From: Gammaproteobacteria bacterium
Lineage (GTDB): Bacteria; Pseudomonadota; Gammaproteobacteria; Natronospirales; DASSBR01
Direction: 5' to 3'
DNA: 64,000 bases
NCBI GenBank assembly: GCA_035698525.1
Contig: DASSBR010000045.1
Coordinates: 2,290-66,289, forward strand
Notes under the pieces: generated by a model
Seen by the model: the letters and a program-made list of their open reading frames with translations, nothing else
Told to the model about the DNA's origin: nothing
Databases searched by the model: none
In this document: positions 56,776 through 64,000 of the stretch, piece by piece
Layout: each line of letters starts with the position of its first letter
Numbering within the stretch: the first letter of the stretch is position 1
Program-made: the position numbers and the translations under genes

Positions 56776-58281
56776 CTAGTGTTCCTCCAGCCAGGCTCGA
56801 ACCGCTTTGCGGTCGTCGAACGGGCGGTGCTCGTCACCGACGATTTGCGCCGTCTCGTGACCCTTGCCCGCGACCAGCACGACGTCGCCGGCTTGCGCTT
56901 CGGCCAGCGCGCTGGCGATCGCGTCGCGCCGGTCGTGCTCGACGCGAACGGCGGCGCCAGCCGGAAAGCCGGTGAGAATGCCCGCCACGATGGCGGCGGG
57001 ATCTTCATGACGTGGGTTGTCGTCGGTGATCACGCAGGTATCGGCATGCCGCGCCGCGACCGCGCCCATCAGCCGGCGTTTGCCGCGATCGCGGTCGCCA
57101 CCACAGCCGAACACCACGATCACCCGACCGGTCGCATGCTCGCGCGCGGCGGCGAGCGCCTTTTCGAGCGCGTCCGGCGTGTGCGCGTAGTCAACCAGCG
57201 CCAGCGGCTGGTCGCCGCCGCCGAAGGGTTCCATGCGCCCACTCGCGGCGCGCGCGCCGCCCAGTACACGCACCGACGCGTCGTACGGCTTGCCGAGCGC
57301 CAGCAGCGCCCCCACCACCGCAAGCAGGTTCGAGGCGTTGAACGTGCCGATTACCGGGCTTGTCACCGTGGCGCGGCCCCAGTCGCCATCGATCTCGAGT
57401 TCGATTCCGCGGGTCGTCGCGCGCACCGTGCGGGCGCTGAGCAGCATGCACGACGGCGGGGACTTTTTGCCGTCGAGCGTGTAGCCGATGGCGGTCACGC
57501 CAGGAGCCAGGCGGTTCATCAGCACGGCGGCGAACGGATCGTCGAGATTGATCACGGCTGCGCTCAGGCCGGGCCACGTGAACAGCCGCGCCTTGGCCTC
57601 GCCGTAAGCCATCTGGCTGCCGTGATAGTCGAGATGGTCGCGCGTCAGGTTGGTGAACACGGCGACGCGAAAGCCGACCGCTTCGAGCCGGCCCTGGTCG
57701 AGGCCGTGGGACGAGGCTTCCATGGCGACAGCGGCGGCGCCCTCGTCGCGGAACTTCGCCAGCAACCGCTGCACGGTCACCGCGTCGGGCGTCGTCATGC
57801 CGGTAGACGACAACTGCGACGGCCAGCCCGAGCCAAGCGTGCCGATCACGCCGGTGGGTGCGGAGAGTTGAGACAGCGCTTCGGCCAGCATGACCACGGT
57901 GGTGGATTTGCCGTTGGTGCCGGTGACGCCGACGACGTCCAGCGCCGCCGATGGTTCGCCGTAAAAGCGACCCGCTATCTGACTCGCGCGCCGGGCGAGA
58001 TCGGGCACTTCAATTGCGGCGACGCGGCCAGGCAGGCCGGGAGCGACGCCGGCCTCCGGTTCCCAGGCGATAGCGGCCGCGCCACGCGCGATGGCGATGT
58101 CGGCGAACTCCAAGCCATGATGCTGCGTGCCGCGACAGGCGAGGAACAAACCACCCGGGACCACCTGCCGGCTGTCCAGTGTGACGCCGGCGATGGGCCG
58201 GTCAGCACCGACAGGCACGGCGCCGAGACCTTCGAGCAGTTCGCCGAGCCAGACGGTACGAGACATTGTCGGCGCCACCAT
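56776..58281 (-). CDS. murE: UDP-MurNAc-L-Ala-D-Glu--2,6-diaminopimelate ligase
   Basis: MurE-specific motifs MEASSHGLDQGRL, FTNLTRDHLDYHG, VDYAHTPDALEKAL, GCGGDRDRGKRRLMG, TDDNPRHEDP, GKGHE. The ATG at 58281 abuts the ftsI stop (alternative ATG at 58266). Confidence 0.9.
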   Translation of the reverse strand: MVAPTMSRTVWLGELLEGLGAVPVGADRPIAGVTLDSRQVVPGGLFLACRGTQHHGLEFADIAIARGAAAIAWEPEAGVAPGLPGRVAAIEVPDLARRASQIAGRFYGEPSAALDVVGVTGTNGKSTTVVMLAEALSQLSAPTGVIGTLGSGWPSQLSSTGMTTPDAVTVQRLLAKFRDEGAAAVAMEASSHGLDQGRLEAVGFRVAVFTNLTRDHLDYHGSQMAYGEAKARLFTWPGLSAAVINLDDPFAAVLMNRLAPGVTAIGYTLDGKKSPPSCMLLSARTVRATTRGIELEIDGDWGRATVTSPVIGTFNASNLLAVVGALLALGKPYDASVRVLGGARAASGRMEPFGGGDQPLALVDYAHTPDALEKALAAAREHATGRVIVVFGCGGDRDRGKRRLMGAVAARHADTCVITDDNPRHEDPAAIVAGILTGFPAGAAVRVEHDRRDAIASALAEAQAGDVVLVAGKGHETAQIVGDEHRPFDDRKAVRAWLEEH

Positions 58282-59999
58282 CAAGACGTATGCCCCAGGT
58301 GCACCACGGCAGCCGTGGTCTCGCCCGAAATGTCGTCCGGCGGCACGTCGAGAATCCGCATCGCACCGGACATGACTTCCGCGAACACCGGGGCGGCGAC
58401 CAGGCCGCCGTAATAGTCGCCCTTGCTCGGGTCGTTCATGATCACACACGCAACCAGACGCGGTTGCTCTGCCGGAATCATGCCGCAAAACACGCCGGTG
58501 TAATCGTCCGCCGAATAGCCGCCGTCGACCGCCTTGTGCGAGGTGCCGGTCTTGCCGGAAACGCGGTAGTTCGGCACTTCGGCAAGCGTGCCGGTGCCCG
58601 GATCGGTGACGACGGTTTCGAGCATCATGCGCAGGTTGTCGGCGACGTTCTCGGGCATGACGCGACGCCCGGGCGGCGGGTTCTCAAGGCGCAAAAACGA
58701 GATCGGACGCAAAATGCCGCCGGTTGCGATAGCGGCATAAGCGCGCGTGAGCTGCAGCGCGGTGACGGACACGCCGTAGCCGTATGATACTGCCGCCTGC
58801 CCCGCGCGATGCCAGTCGCGGTACGGGCGCAGCACGCCGGTGCGCTCGCCGGGAAAGCCGCTGCCGGTGTAATGTCCGAAACCGAGCGCGTGATACGTTT
58901 TCCACATGTGCTTCGGCGTCAGCGACAGCGCGATTTTGCTCGCGCCTACGTTGCTCGACTTTTCGAGCAACGTCGTCAGCGTGATAAGGCCGTAGTCGCG
59001 GTGATCACTGATCGTGTAACCGTCGACGACAATCCAGCCGGGCGTCGTATCGACCGTGCTTGCAGGCGTATAGCGATCGGTTTCGAGCGCGGCGGCAATC
59101 GTGAACGGCTTGAAGCTCGAACCGGGTTCAAACACGTCCGTCACCGCGCGGTTGCGATACAGTGCCGCATGAAAATCATTGCGGTTGTTCGGGTTGAAGG
59201 CCGGCTGGTTCGCCATCGCGATGACTTCGCCGGTGTTCGGATCGAGCACAACGATCGAACCGGACTTCGCGCCCTGCTTCTCGACTTCGGCCTTGAGATC
59301 GCGGTAGGCGAGATACTGGATTCGCAGGTCGATGCTGGTGGTGAGGTTGCGGCCCGGCTTCGGATCGCGGAGGCTCGCAACCTCCTGGATTATGTGCCCA
59401 AGCCGGTCGCGAATCACGCGTTCGGCGCCCGGCTTGCCGTGCAGCCAGTCGTTGTACGCCAGCTCCAGCCCTTCCTGGCCGATATCGTCTATGTTGGTGA
59501 AGCCGAGCACGTGCGACACCACTTCGCCGGCCGGGTAGTAACGGCGGTATTCGTGTTCGACGTGGATGCCTTCGAGGTTGAGCGCCAGCACCTTGCGCGC
59601 ATCGGCGGGGCTCATGTCGCGGTTCAGGTAAACGAACTGGCGATCGGGATGCGTCGTGACGGCCTTGCGCACCGCGGCTGCAGGGATATTGAGCGCGTTC
59701 GCCAACTCGCCAATTTGATCCGTCGCGGTGAAATCCTGCGGATTGACCCAGATCGAATCCACCGGCGTACTGACGGCGAGCGGACGGCCGTTGCGGTCGG
59801 TAATCATGCCGCGGTGCGCGGGAATTGGCACCACGCGTAAATGCCGCATCGCGCCCTGGTCGAGCAGAAACGCGTTATTGAAAATTTCCAGGCTGAACGC
59901 GCGCCACGCGAGTCCGGCCGCAACCAGCACGAAACCCGCGACGACGACCACGCCGCGCCACCCGGTGCCCGGCATCGTTGCGGTGCTCTCCCCGCTCAT
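58281..59999 (-). CDS. ftsI: Peptidoglycan D,D-transpeptidase FtsI (PBP3)
   Basis: N-terminal TM, SSFKP (SxxK), SSN, KTGT motifs. Confidence 0.93.
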   Translation of the reverse strand: MSGESTATMPGTGWRGVVVVAGFVLVAAGLAWRAFSLEIFNNAFLLDQGAMRHLRVVPIPAHRGMITDRNGRPLAVSTPVDSIWVNPQDFTATDQIGELANALNIPAAAVRKAVTTHPDRQFVYLNRDMSPADARKVLALNLEGIHVEHEYRRYYPAGEVVSHVLGFTNIDDIGQEGLELAYNDWLHGKPGAERVIRDRLGHIIQEVASLRDPKPGRNLTTSIDLRIQYLAYRDLKAEVEKQGAKSGSIVVLDPNTGEVIAMANQPAFNPNNRNDFHAALYRNRAVTDVFEPGSSFKPFTIAAALETDRYTPASTVDTTPGWIVVDGYTISDHRDYGLITLTTLLEKSSNVGASKIALSLTPKHMWKTYHALGFGHYTGSGFPGERTGVLRPYRDWHRAGQAAVSYGYGVSVTALQLTRAYAAIATGGILRPISFLRLENPPPGRRVMPENVADNLRMMLETVVTDPGTGTLAEVPNYRVSGKTGTSHKAVDGGYSADDYTGVFCGMIPAEQPRLVACVIMNDPSKGDYYGGLVAAPVFAEVMSGAMRILDVPPDDISGETTAAVVHLGHTS

Positions 60000-60265
60000 G
60001 GTTTCACCACCACGCGCTGGATTTTTTGCGGCACGTGCATGTCGAGCTTTTCACGCGCAACCTGCTGGATGCGCGCGTGCGTCGCCCAGGTGCTTTCCTC
60101 GAGCTGCAGCCGGCCCCATTCAACGTTCAGCTTGTCGCGCTGCTGGCGCAACTGCTGCAGTTGTGCGAACAACGTGCGGTTGCGCCACACGGTATGCACG
60201 ACCCCGAGCGCCGATACGACCAGCGCCAGCGCCAACGCCGCGTTGATGAGCATGGAGGCCTTCAT
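59996..60265 (-). CDS. ftsL: Cell division protein FtsL
   Basis: 89 aa. [20 protein letters not shown] plus a coiled coil ([25 protein letters not shown]). ATGA overlaps on both sides. Confidence 0.8.
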   Translation of the reverse strand: MKASMLINAALALALVVSALGVVHTVWRNRTLFAQLQQLRQQRDKLNVEWGRLQLEESTWATHARIQQVAREKLDMHVPQKIQRVVVKP

Positions 60266-61212
60266 GCACGCTTCTCCACGACGCGCAACCGCGCGCTGCG
60301 GGCGCGCGGATTGGCCGCCAGCTCCGCCGCGCCCGGCGTCACGGCCTTCAGCGGCCGGGCAAAAACCGGCGGCACGAAATGATGCGCACCAAGTCCTCGC
60401 GGCGCGTCCGGCGCTGCCCTGGCCTTGGCGCGCATGAAGCGCTTGACGATGCGATCCTCGAGAGAATGAAACGTAATGACGCACAACCGCCCGCCGCCTG
60501 CCAGCACGCGCGGCGTCTGCTCGAGCACATCGCGCAACTCGTCCAGTTCGCGATTAATGAAAATCCGGATAGCCTGAAACGCCCGCGTGGCGGGATGCTT
60601 GTTGCGTTCGCGCGTCGGTACGGCGCGGGCGACCAGCGCGGCCAGTTCAGCAGTGTCTTCGATGGGCTTTTCGAGCCGCGTCTGGCAGACGGCGCGGGCA
60701 ATGCGGCGAGCAAAACGCTCCTCGCCGTAGTCACGAATGACTTCGGTGATTTCATCTTCCGGCGCGCGCGCGAGCCATTCGGCGGCGGATTCGCCGGTGG
60801 AGGGATCCATCCGCATGTCGAGCGGACCGGCGGCGCGGAAGCTGAAGCCGCGGGCGGAGTCGTCGAACTGCGGCGACGAGACACCAAGGTCGAGCAGAAT
60901 ACCGTCGACCTGTCCCGCCACGCCCATGTTCCCTGCCATCCGCTCGAGCATCGTGAATGCTCCGTGAAACGCCGTCACGCGTTGATCCTGTTCAGCCAGT
61001 TGCCGGGCGGCGATCAGCGCCTCCGGATCCTTGTCGATAACCAGCAAACGCCCGTTCGCCCCGAGTTGCGCCAGAATGGCGCGACTATGGCCGCCGCGAC
61101 CGAAGGTGCCATCGACATAGACACCGTCGGAACGGATTTGAAGCGCGGCGACAGACTCGTCAAGCAGGACCGGCGCATGTTCCCCTGGTTGGTCATGCCG
61201 CCGCTCATTCAA
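60262..61212 (-). CDS. rsmH: 16S rRNA (cytosine1402-N4)-methyltransferase
   Basis: [45 protein letters not shown]. Confidence 0.95.
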   Translation of the reverse strand: MNERRHDQPGEHAPVLLDESVAALQIRSDGVYVDGTFGRGGHSRAILAQLGANGRLLVIDKDPEALIAARQLAEQDQRVTAFHGAFTMLERMAGNMGVAGQVDGILLDLGVSSPQFDDSARGFSFRAAGPLDMRMDPSTGESAAEWLARAPEDEITEVIRDYGEERFARRIARAVCQTRLEKPIEDTAELAALVARAVPTRERNKHPATRAFQAIRIFINRELDELRDVLEQTPRVLAGGGRLCVITFHSLEDRIVKRFMRAKARAAPDAPRGLGAHHFVPPVFARPLKAVTPGAAELAANPRARSARLRVVEKRA

Positions 61213-61661
61213 AGCGACAACCGGGCCAGTTCTTCCGGCAGCGACTCATCCTCGTCGGCTTCGTCAATCCAGACGTCGCGGCGTTCGGTCCACGTGTCTT
61301 CGTCCCACAGCTCAAACTTGTTGCCCTGTCCGATCAGCACCACGCGGCGATCGAGCGACGCGAATTCGCGCAGCGGCGCGGGCAGCAGCACCCGGCCATG
61401 GCTGTCGAGTTCGAGATCCGTCGCGTGACCCATCAACAGGCGCTGCAGTCGCCGCGACTGTTTATTCAGGCCCGATAATCTGACAAGCTTTTGCTCGAGT
61501 TCTTCCCAATCCGGCAGGGGGTAAAGCAACAGGCAGCGGTCGTAGTCGACGGTGATGACCATTTGGCCCGCGCAGCGTTGGGCAAGACCATCCCGATAGC
61601 GAGTCGGAATCGCCAGTCGCCCTTTGGCATCCAATGCCAGGGTATTGACGCCGCGCAACAT
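61209..61661 (-). CDS. mraZ: Transcriptional regulator MraZ
   Basis: [23 protein letters not shown] and a second SpoVT-AbrB-like repeat [15 protein letters not shown]. Confidence 0.95.
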   Translation of the reverse strand: MLRGVNTLALDAKGRLAIPTRYRDGLAQRCAGQMVITVDYDRCLLLYPLPDWEELEQKLVRLSGLNKQSRRLQRLLMGHATDLELDSHGRVLLPAPLREFASLDRRVVLIGQGNKFELWDEDTWTERRDVWIDEADEDESLPEELARLSL

Positions 61662-61670
61662 TTTGACTTA

Positions 61671-61734
61671 CTCCACCACTGCCCACTTTTTCCCACCTGG
61701 CGACACTATAGGGAGCGGATGCCGGGGCTGTCAA
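61671..61734 (-). promoter_or_regulatory. mraZ/dcw promoter (TTGACA-N18-TATAGT) with three MraZ-box direct repeats
   Basis: On the minus strand: TTGACA (61734-61729), TATAGT (61710-61705), then TGGGA (61695-61691), TGGGC (61685-61681) and TGGAG (61675-61671) at exactly 10-nt spacing. This matches the known TGGGN-N5 repeat operator of MraZ. Confidence 0.65.
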
Positions 61735-61877
61735 GGGATTTTGCTTGCGGGTTTTCCTTAATTTTGCTTTTGGGTCAGGGACTTACGTGGGGTGGGATGG
61801 TATTGGTTGTGGGTTCTGGTTGGAAATCAGGGGGTTGTGGGTTTTAATTGTTAGTTTACCTTAGCTATAGGGTTTTG

Positions 61878-62149
61878 TTCCGCCTGCGGCGGAATTGATT
61901 GGGTGCCGGTCTCGGCCGGCGGCCGAGTTACTTTCCTTTCGGGGAAAGTAACCAAAGCCACTGCTCCTAACGCTTGGTCCAAAGTGCATCCTGCACTTTG
62001 GACTTCCCGAAGATCGGGCGAAAAAACGGGGCCGGAACCAAACTCCGGCATCCCTGCCCTCAAACATGGTTCCTTGTTTCCCCGCTTTTTCGCCCGATCT
62101 TCGGCTGCGCTCCATGTCGCGGGAGAAGAAGCCGGCCGTCGTGGCCGGC
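61878..62149. other. Array of six consecutive perfect or near-perfect stem-loops (candidate structured RNA or nested palindromic elements)
   Basis: Hairpins: 61878-61894 (ttccgcc/ggcggaa), 61911-61927 (ctcggcc/ggccgag), 61927-61952 (gttactttcc/ggaaagtaac), 61977-62003 (gtccaaagtgca/tgcactttggac), 62007-62104 (~24-bp arms ccgaagatcgggcgaaaaa.cgggg with the inner pair ggaacca/tggttcc), and 62131-62149 (gccggcc/ggccggc). Confidence 0.5.
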
Positions 62150-62195
62150 AAGAATGGAAAAGAAATTTATCCGCTCATCCTGCCTTCATCTTGCT

Positions 62196-62230
62196 CCCCT
62201 CTCCCTTCGGGAGAGGGGCTGGGGTGAGGG
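62196..62230 (+). repeat. REP-like hairpin element
   Basis: cccctctcccttcgggagaggggctggggtgaggg, the best copy of the family, 19 nt downstream of the maf stop. Confidence 0.7.
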
Positions 62231-62248
62231 TGCCCCAATGCGAACGGG

Positions 62249-62824
62249 TCAAAAAGCACGCAAACCATAATTGGCCAACAACTCCGCCGTCTCGCACAAT
62301 GGCAAACCCACCACCCCCGAATAACTCCCATCGAGCTGCGCGACAAAAATCGCCGCCCGTCCCTGAATTGCATAGGCACCAGCCTTGTCGTCGCCCTCCC
62401 CGGCTCGCAGATAGGCATCAATTTCGTCGGCGCCAATGTCACGAAAAACGACCCGGCTCCGGCTCAACGCACTTTGCGTGCGGGCGCCGTCGGTTACCGC
62501 AACCGCAGTCAAAACGTCATGCGCCCGCCCCGCCAGCCGTGTGAGCATGTTCCGCGCTGCTGCGCGATTCACCGGCTTGCCGAGTATGTCACCGTCGACG
62601 ACGACAGTGGTGTCCGCGCCCAGCACAACCGTATCGGCGCGATTGACGGCAATCGCGCCCGCTTCGGCTTTCGCACGCGCCAGCCGGATGACGTAATCTT
62701 CGGGCGCTTCATCCGCGCGACGGCTTTCGTCGACATCCACCGCCAGTCGCTCGTGCGCCAGATCGATCTGGCACAGCAACTCATGTCGTCGTGGCGATTG
62801 CGAGGCGAGATACAGCTTAGGCAC
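62249..62824 (-). CDS. maf: Maf-like nucleoside triphosphate pyrophosphatase
   Basis: LYLASQSPRRHELL, VLGADTVVVVDGDILGKP, GAYAIQG. Confidence 0.85.
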   Translation of the reverse strand: MPKLYLASQSPRRHELLCQIDLAHERLAVDVDESRRADEAPEDYVIRLARAKAEAGAIAVNRADTVVLGADTTVVVDGDILGKPVNRAAARNMLTRLAGRAHDVLTAVAVTDGARTQSALSRSRVVFRDIGADEIDAYLRAGEGDDKAGAYAIQGRAAIFVAQLDGSYSGVVGLPLCETAELLANYGLRAF

Positions 62825-63287
62825 GGTGATAAGGATGCCCCTGCAAAACGGTCCAGGCGCGATACAAGGCTTCCGCGACCACCACCCGCGCCAGCGCGTG
62901 CGGCAACGTCAGCGCCGATAGCGACCAGCGCCATTCGGCACGCTGCAGACAGTCAGGGGCGAGGCCGTCGGGGCCGCCGATCATGAAGACGCGGTCGCGG
63001 CCGTCCTGCAGCCATTCGCCAAACCGCTGCGCGAGGCCTTCTGTGGTCAGCGCACGGCCGCCAATATCCAGTGCGATGGCCTGGTCGTCCGGCTTGATGT
63101 GTTCCAGCATGCGCTTGCCTTCAAGCATGGTCGCGCTTGATGCACGCTGCGCCTTTGAACGATGGGGGAGTGGAATCTCGGTGAGCGACATGGCGCATTC
63201 GTGCGGCAATCGCTTCGCGTATTCCTCGAATCCGGCGTCGACCCAACCGGGCATCCGGTTGCCGACCGCGAGGATACGCAGATTCAT
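62817..63287 (-). CDS. rlmH: 23S rRNA (pseudouridine1915-N3)-methyltransferase
   Basis: MNLRILAVGNRMPGWVDAGFEEYAKRL, FMIGGPDGL, HALARVVVAEALYRAWTVLQGHPYHR. Confidence 0.92.
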   Translation of the reverse strand: MNLRILAVGNRMPGWVDAGFEEYAKRLPHECAMSLTEIPLPHRSKAQRASSATMLEGKRMLEHIKPDDQAIALDIGGRALTTEGLAQRFGEWLQDGRDRVFMIGGPDGLAPDCLQRAEWRWSLSALTLPHALARVVVAEALYRAWTVLQGHPYHRA

Positions 63288-63649
63288 CCGCGGGCTTCGC
63301 CGCTCGCCGAATGCAGGGATGGGCGCGCGTCAACGCTCCAGAGTTTTTCGAGGTTATAGAACTCGCGCACGCGCGGCAGCATGACGTGAACGACGACGTC
63401 GTTCAAATCCAGCAGTATCCACTCGCCCCCCTGCTCGCCTTCAACGCCCAGCGGCTTGATGCCGGCGTCTTTCGCCGCGCCAAGCACGGCCTGCGCAATC
63501 GCGCGCACATGCCGGTCCGAGTTGCCGCTCGCAACGATCATGATGTCGGTAATGGCCGTCGCACCGCGCACGTCCAGTACCTTGATATCGACCGCCTTGA
63601 GATCGTCAAGCGCGGTCACCGCCAGGTCTTTGAGTTCATCTGCTGTCAT
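63284..63649 (-). CDS. rsfS: Ribosomal silencing factor RsfS
   Basis: DDLKAVDIKVLDVRG.TAITDIMIVASGNSDRHVRAIA, WILLDLNDVVVHVM, YNLEKLW. Confidence 0.9.
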   Translation of the reverse strand: MTADELKDLAVTALDDLKAVDIKVLDVRGATAITDIMIVASGNSDRHVRAIAQAVLGAAKDAGIKPLGVEGEQGGEWILLDLNDVVVHVMLPRVREFYNLEKLWSVDARPSLHSASGEARG

Positions 63650-64000
63650 TGAGTCTCCGCGTACAAAGCGTGGTTCATAATCAACGTCCTCACCTCCTCG
63701 GGCAGCAGATAGCGGACATCGCGGCCGGCCGCGATGATGTCGCGAATCTCTGTCGAGGAAATTTCCAGTTGGGTTACGGCTTGCAAAAAAATCAGGCCGG
63801 CCTTGCGCTCGCCGAGTTGCGCCGGGTCGTATGTCTGGTGGGCGGCAACCAGCGAACTGAGTTCGCCCTCGGCCTGCAGATGCCAGCCGGGCCGGTGGGC
63901 GACGACGAGGTGCGCGAGGTCCAGCAACTCGCGCCAGCGGTGCCAGCTCGCAAGACCGAGGAACGCGTCCATGCCGACGATCAGCGCCAGCGGCGTGTCG
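63646..64000 (-). CDS. nadD: Nicotinate-nucleotide adenylyltransferase, 3' part (5' end beyond the window)
   Basis: The frame stays open to the window end (…LALIVGMDAFLGLASWHRWRELLDLAHLVVAHRPGW...ISSTEIRDIIAAGRDVRYLLPEEV). nadD-rsfS-rlmH synteny. Confidence 0.85.
   Translation of the reverse strand, partial: DTPLALIVGMDAFLGLASWHRWRELLDLAHLVVAHRPGWHLQAEGELSSLVAAHQTYDPAQLGERKAGLIFLQAVTQLEISSTEIRDIIAAGRDVRYLLPEEVRTLIMNHALYAETQ

Noticed and set aside
55519-58413. 964-aa plus-strand ORF, the longest in the track
   Set aside because: It lies entirely antisense to mraY and murE, which have unmistakable family motifs. Its sequence is Arg/Ala/Gly/His-rich low-complexity text, typical of stop-free antisense frames in high-GC DNA, with no recognisable domain.
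61861-62151. 96-aa minus-strand ORF (and the 213-aa plus-strand ORF at 61903-62544) in the maf-mraZ intergenic region
   Set aside because: Both are composed of the arms of consecutive inverted repeats, the plus-strand one runs antisense into maf, and neither has an RBS or motif. They are more parsimoniously non-coding.
61850-62160. RNase P RNA (rnpB), which lies next to mraZ in some gammaproteobacteria
   Set aside because: I read both strands and could not find the universally conserved rnpB segments (GAGGAAAGUCCGGGC, GGUAAGGGUGAAA, ACAGAACCCGGCUUA). Only a weak gggaagtcc is present, and the region folds into independent perfect hairpins rather than the P1-P4 pseudoknot architecture.
9992-62230. 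Possibility that the repeated CCCTCTCCC...GGGAGAGGG units represent a CRISPR array
   Set aside because: The copies are dispersed over 50 kb at gene junctions, occur in both orientations, are internally palindromic with a GGGTGAGGG tail, and are not separated by uniform spacers. This is REP-like behaviour, not CRISPR.

Overview
High-GC (roughly two-thirds G+C in core genes) gammaproteobacterial chromosome segment; the gene order looks Xanthomonadales/Nevskiales-like, which is inference only. Content from 5' to 3':
(1) 1-3300: the open-ended 5' part of a secreted SpvB/TcdB/FG-GAP/RHS-repeat polymorphic-toxin-type gene.
(2) 3.4-13.1 kb: a tightly translationally coupled sugar-nucleotide/glycosyltransferase operon. 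It holds a UXS-like decarboxylase, an SDR epimerase, a clan GH-A hydrolase::SDR epimerase fusion, a GT4, three paralogous CgeB-like glycosyltransferases and a CmoB/DUF1698-like methyltransferase.
(3) 13-17 kb: housekeeping and stress genes (UDG-superfamily protein, YfcG-like GST, YihY, YqjD/YqjE-like proteins, a lipoprotein).
(4) 17.0-36.0 kb: a type IV pilus locus, pilA ... pilB-pilC-pilD-coaE. The roughly 14 kb between pilA and pilB is a visibly more AT-rich glycan island. It encodes a TMTC-like GT-C/TPR protein, a polyprenol-phosphate sugar synthase, three GT4 and one GT2, a methyltransferase, a Wzx-like flippase, a PhyH dioxygenase, a radical-SAM::pyruvyl-transferase fusion and an O-acyltransferase.
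(5) An OafA-like acyltransferase inserted before zapD-yacG, then mutT/thiE-like and secA.
(6) An M23 peptidase, a DUF721 protein, and an otherwise complete dcw cluster on the minus strand: lpxC-ftsZ-ftsA-ftsQ-ddl-murB-murC-murG-ftsW-murD-mraY-murE-ftsI-ftsL-rsmH-mraZ. murF is conspicuously absent between murE and mraY.
(7) The mraZ promoter/operator, an unusual array of stem-loops, then maf-rlmH-rsfS-nadD (nadD partial).
A dispersed REP-like hairpin family (CCCCTCTCCC-N4-GGGAGAGGGG-N3-GGGTGAGGG) occurs at several gene junctions and is translated into the 3' ends of two ORFs. No rRNA, tRNA, CRISPR array, transposase or integrase was recognised. The best candidates for undescribed biology are the pilin-adjacent TMTC-like glycosylation module and island, the radical-SAM::pyruvyl-transferase fusion, the GH::epimerase plus triple-CgeB operon, the missing murF, and the hairpin array upstream of mraZ.
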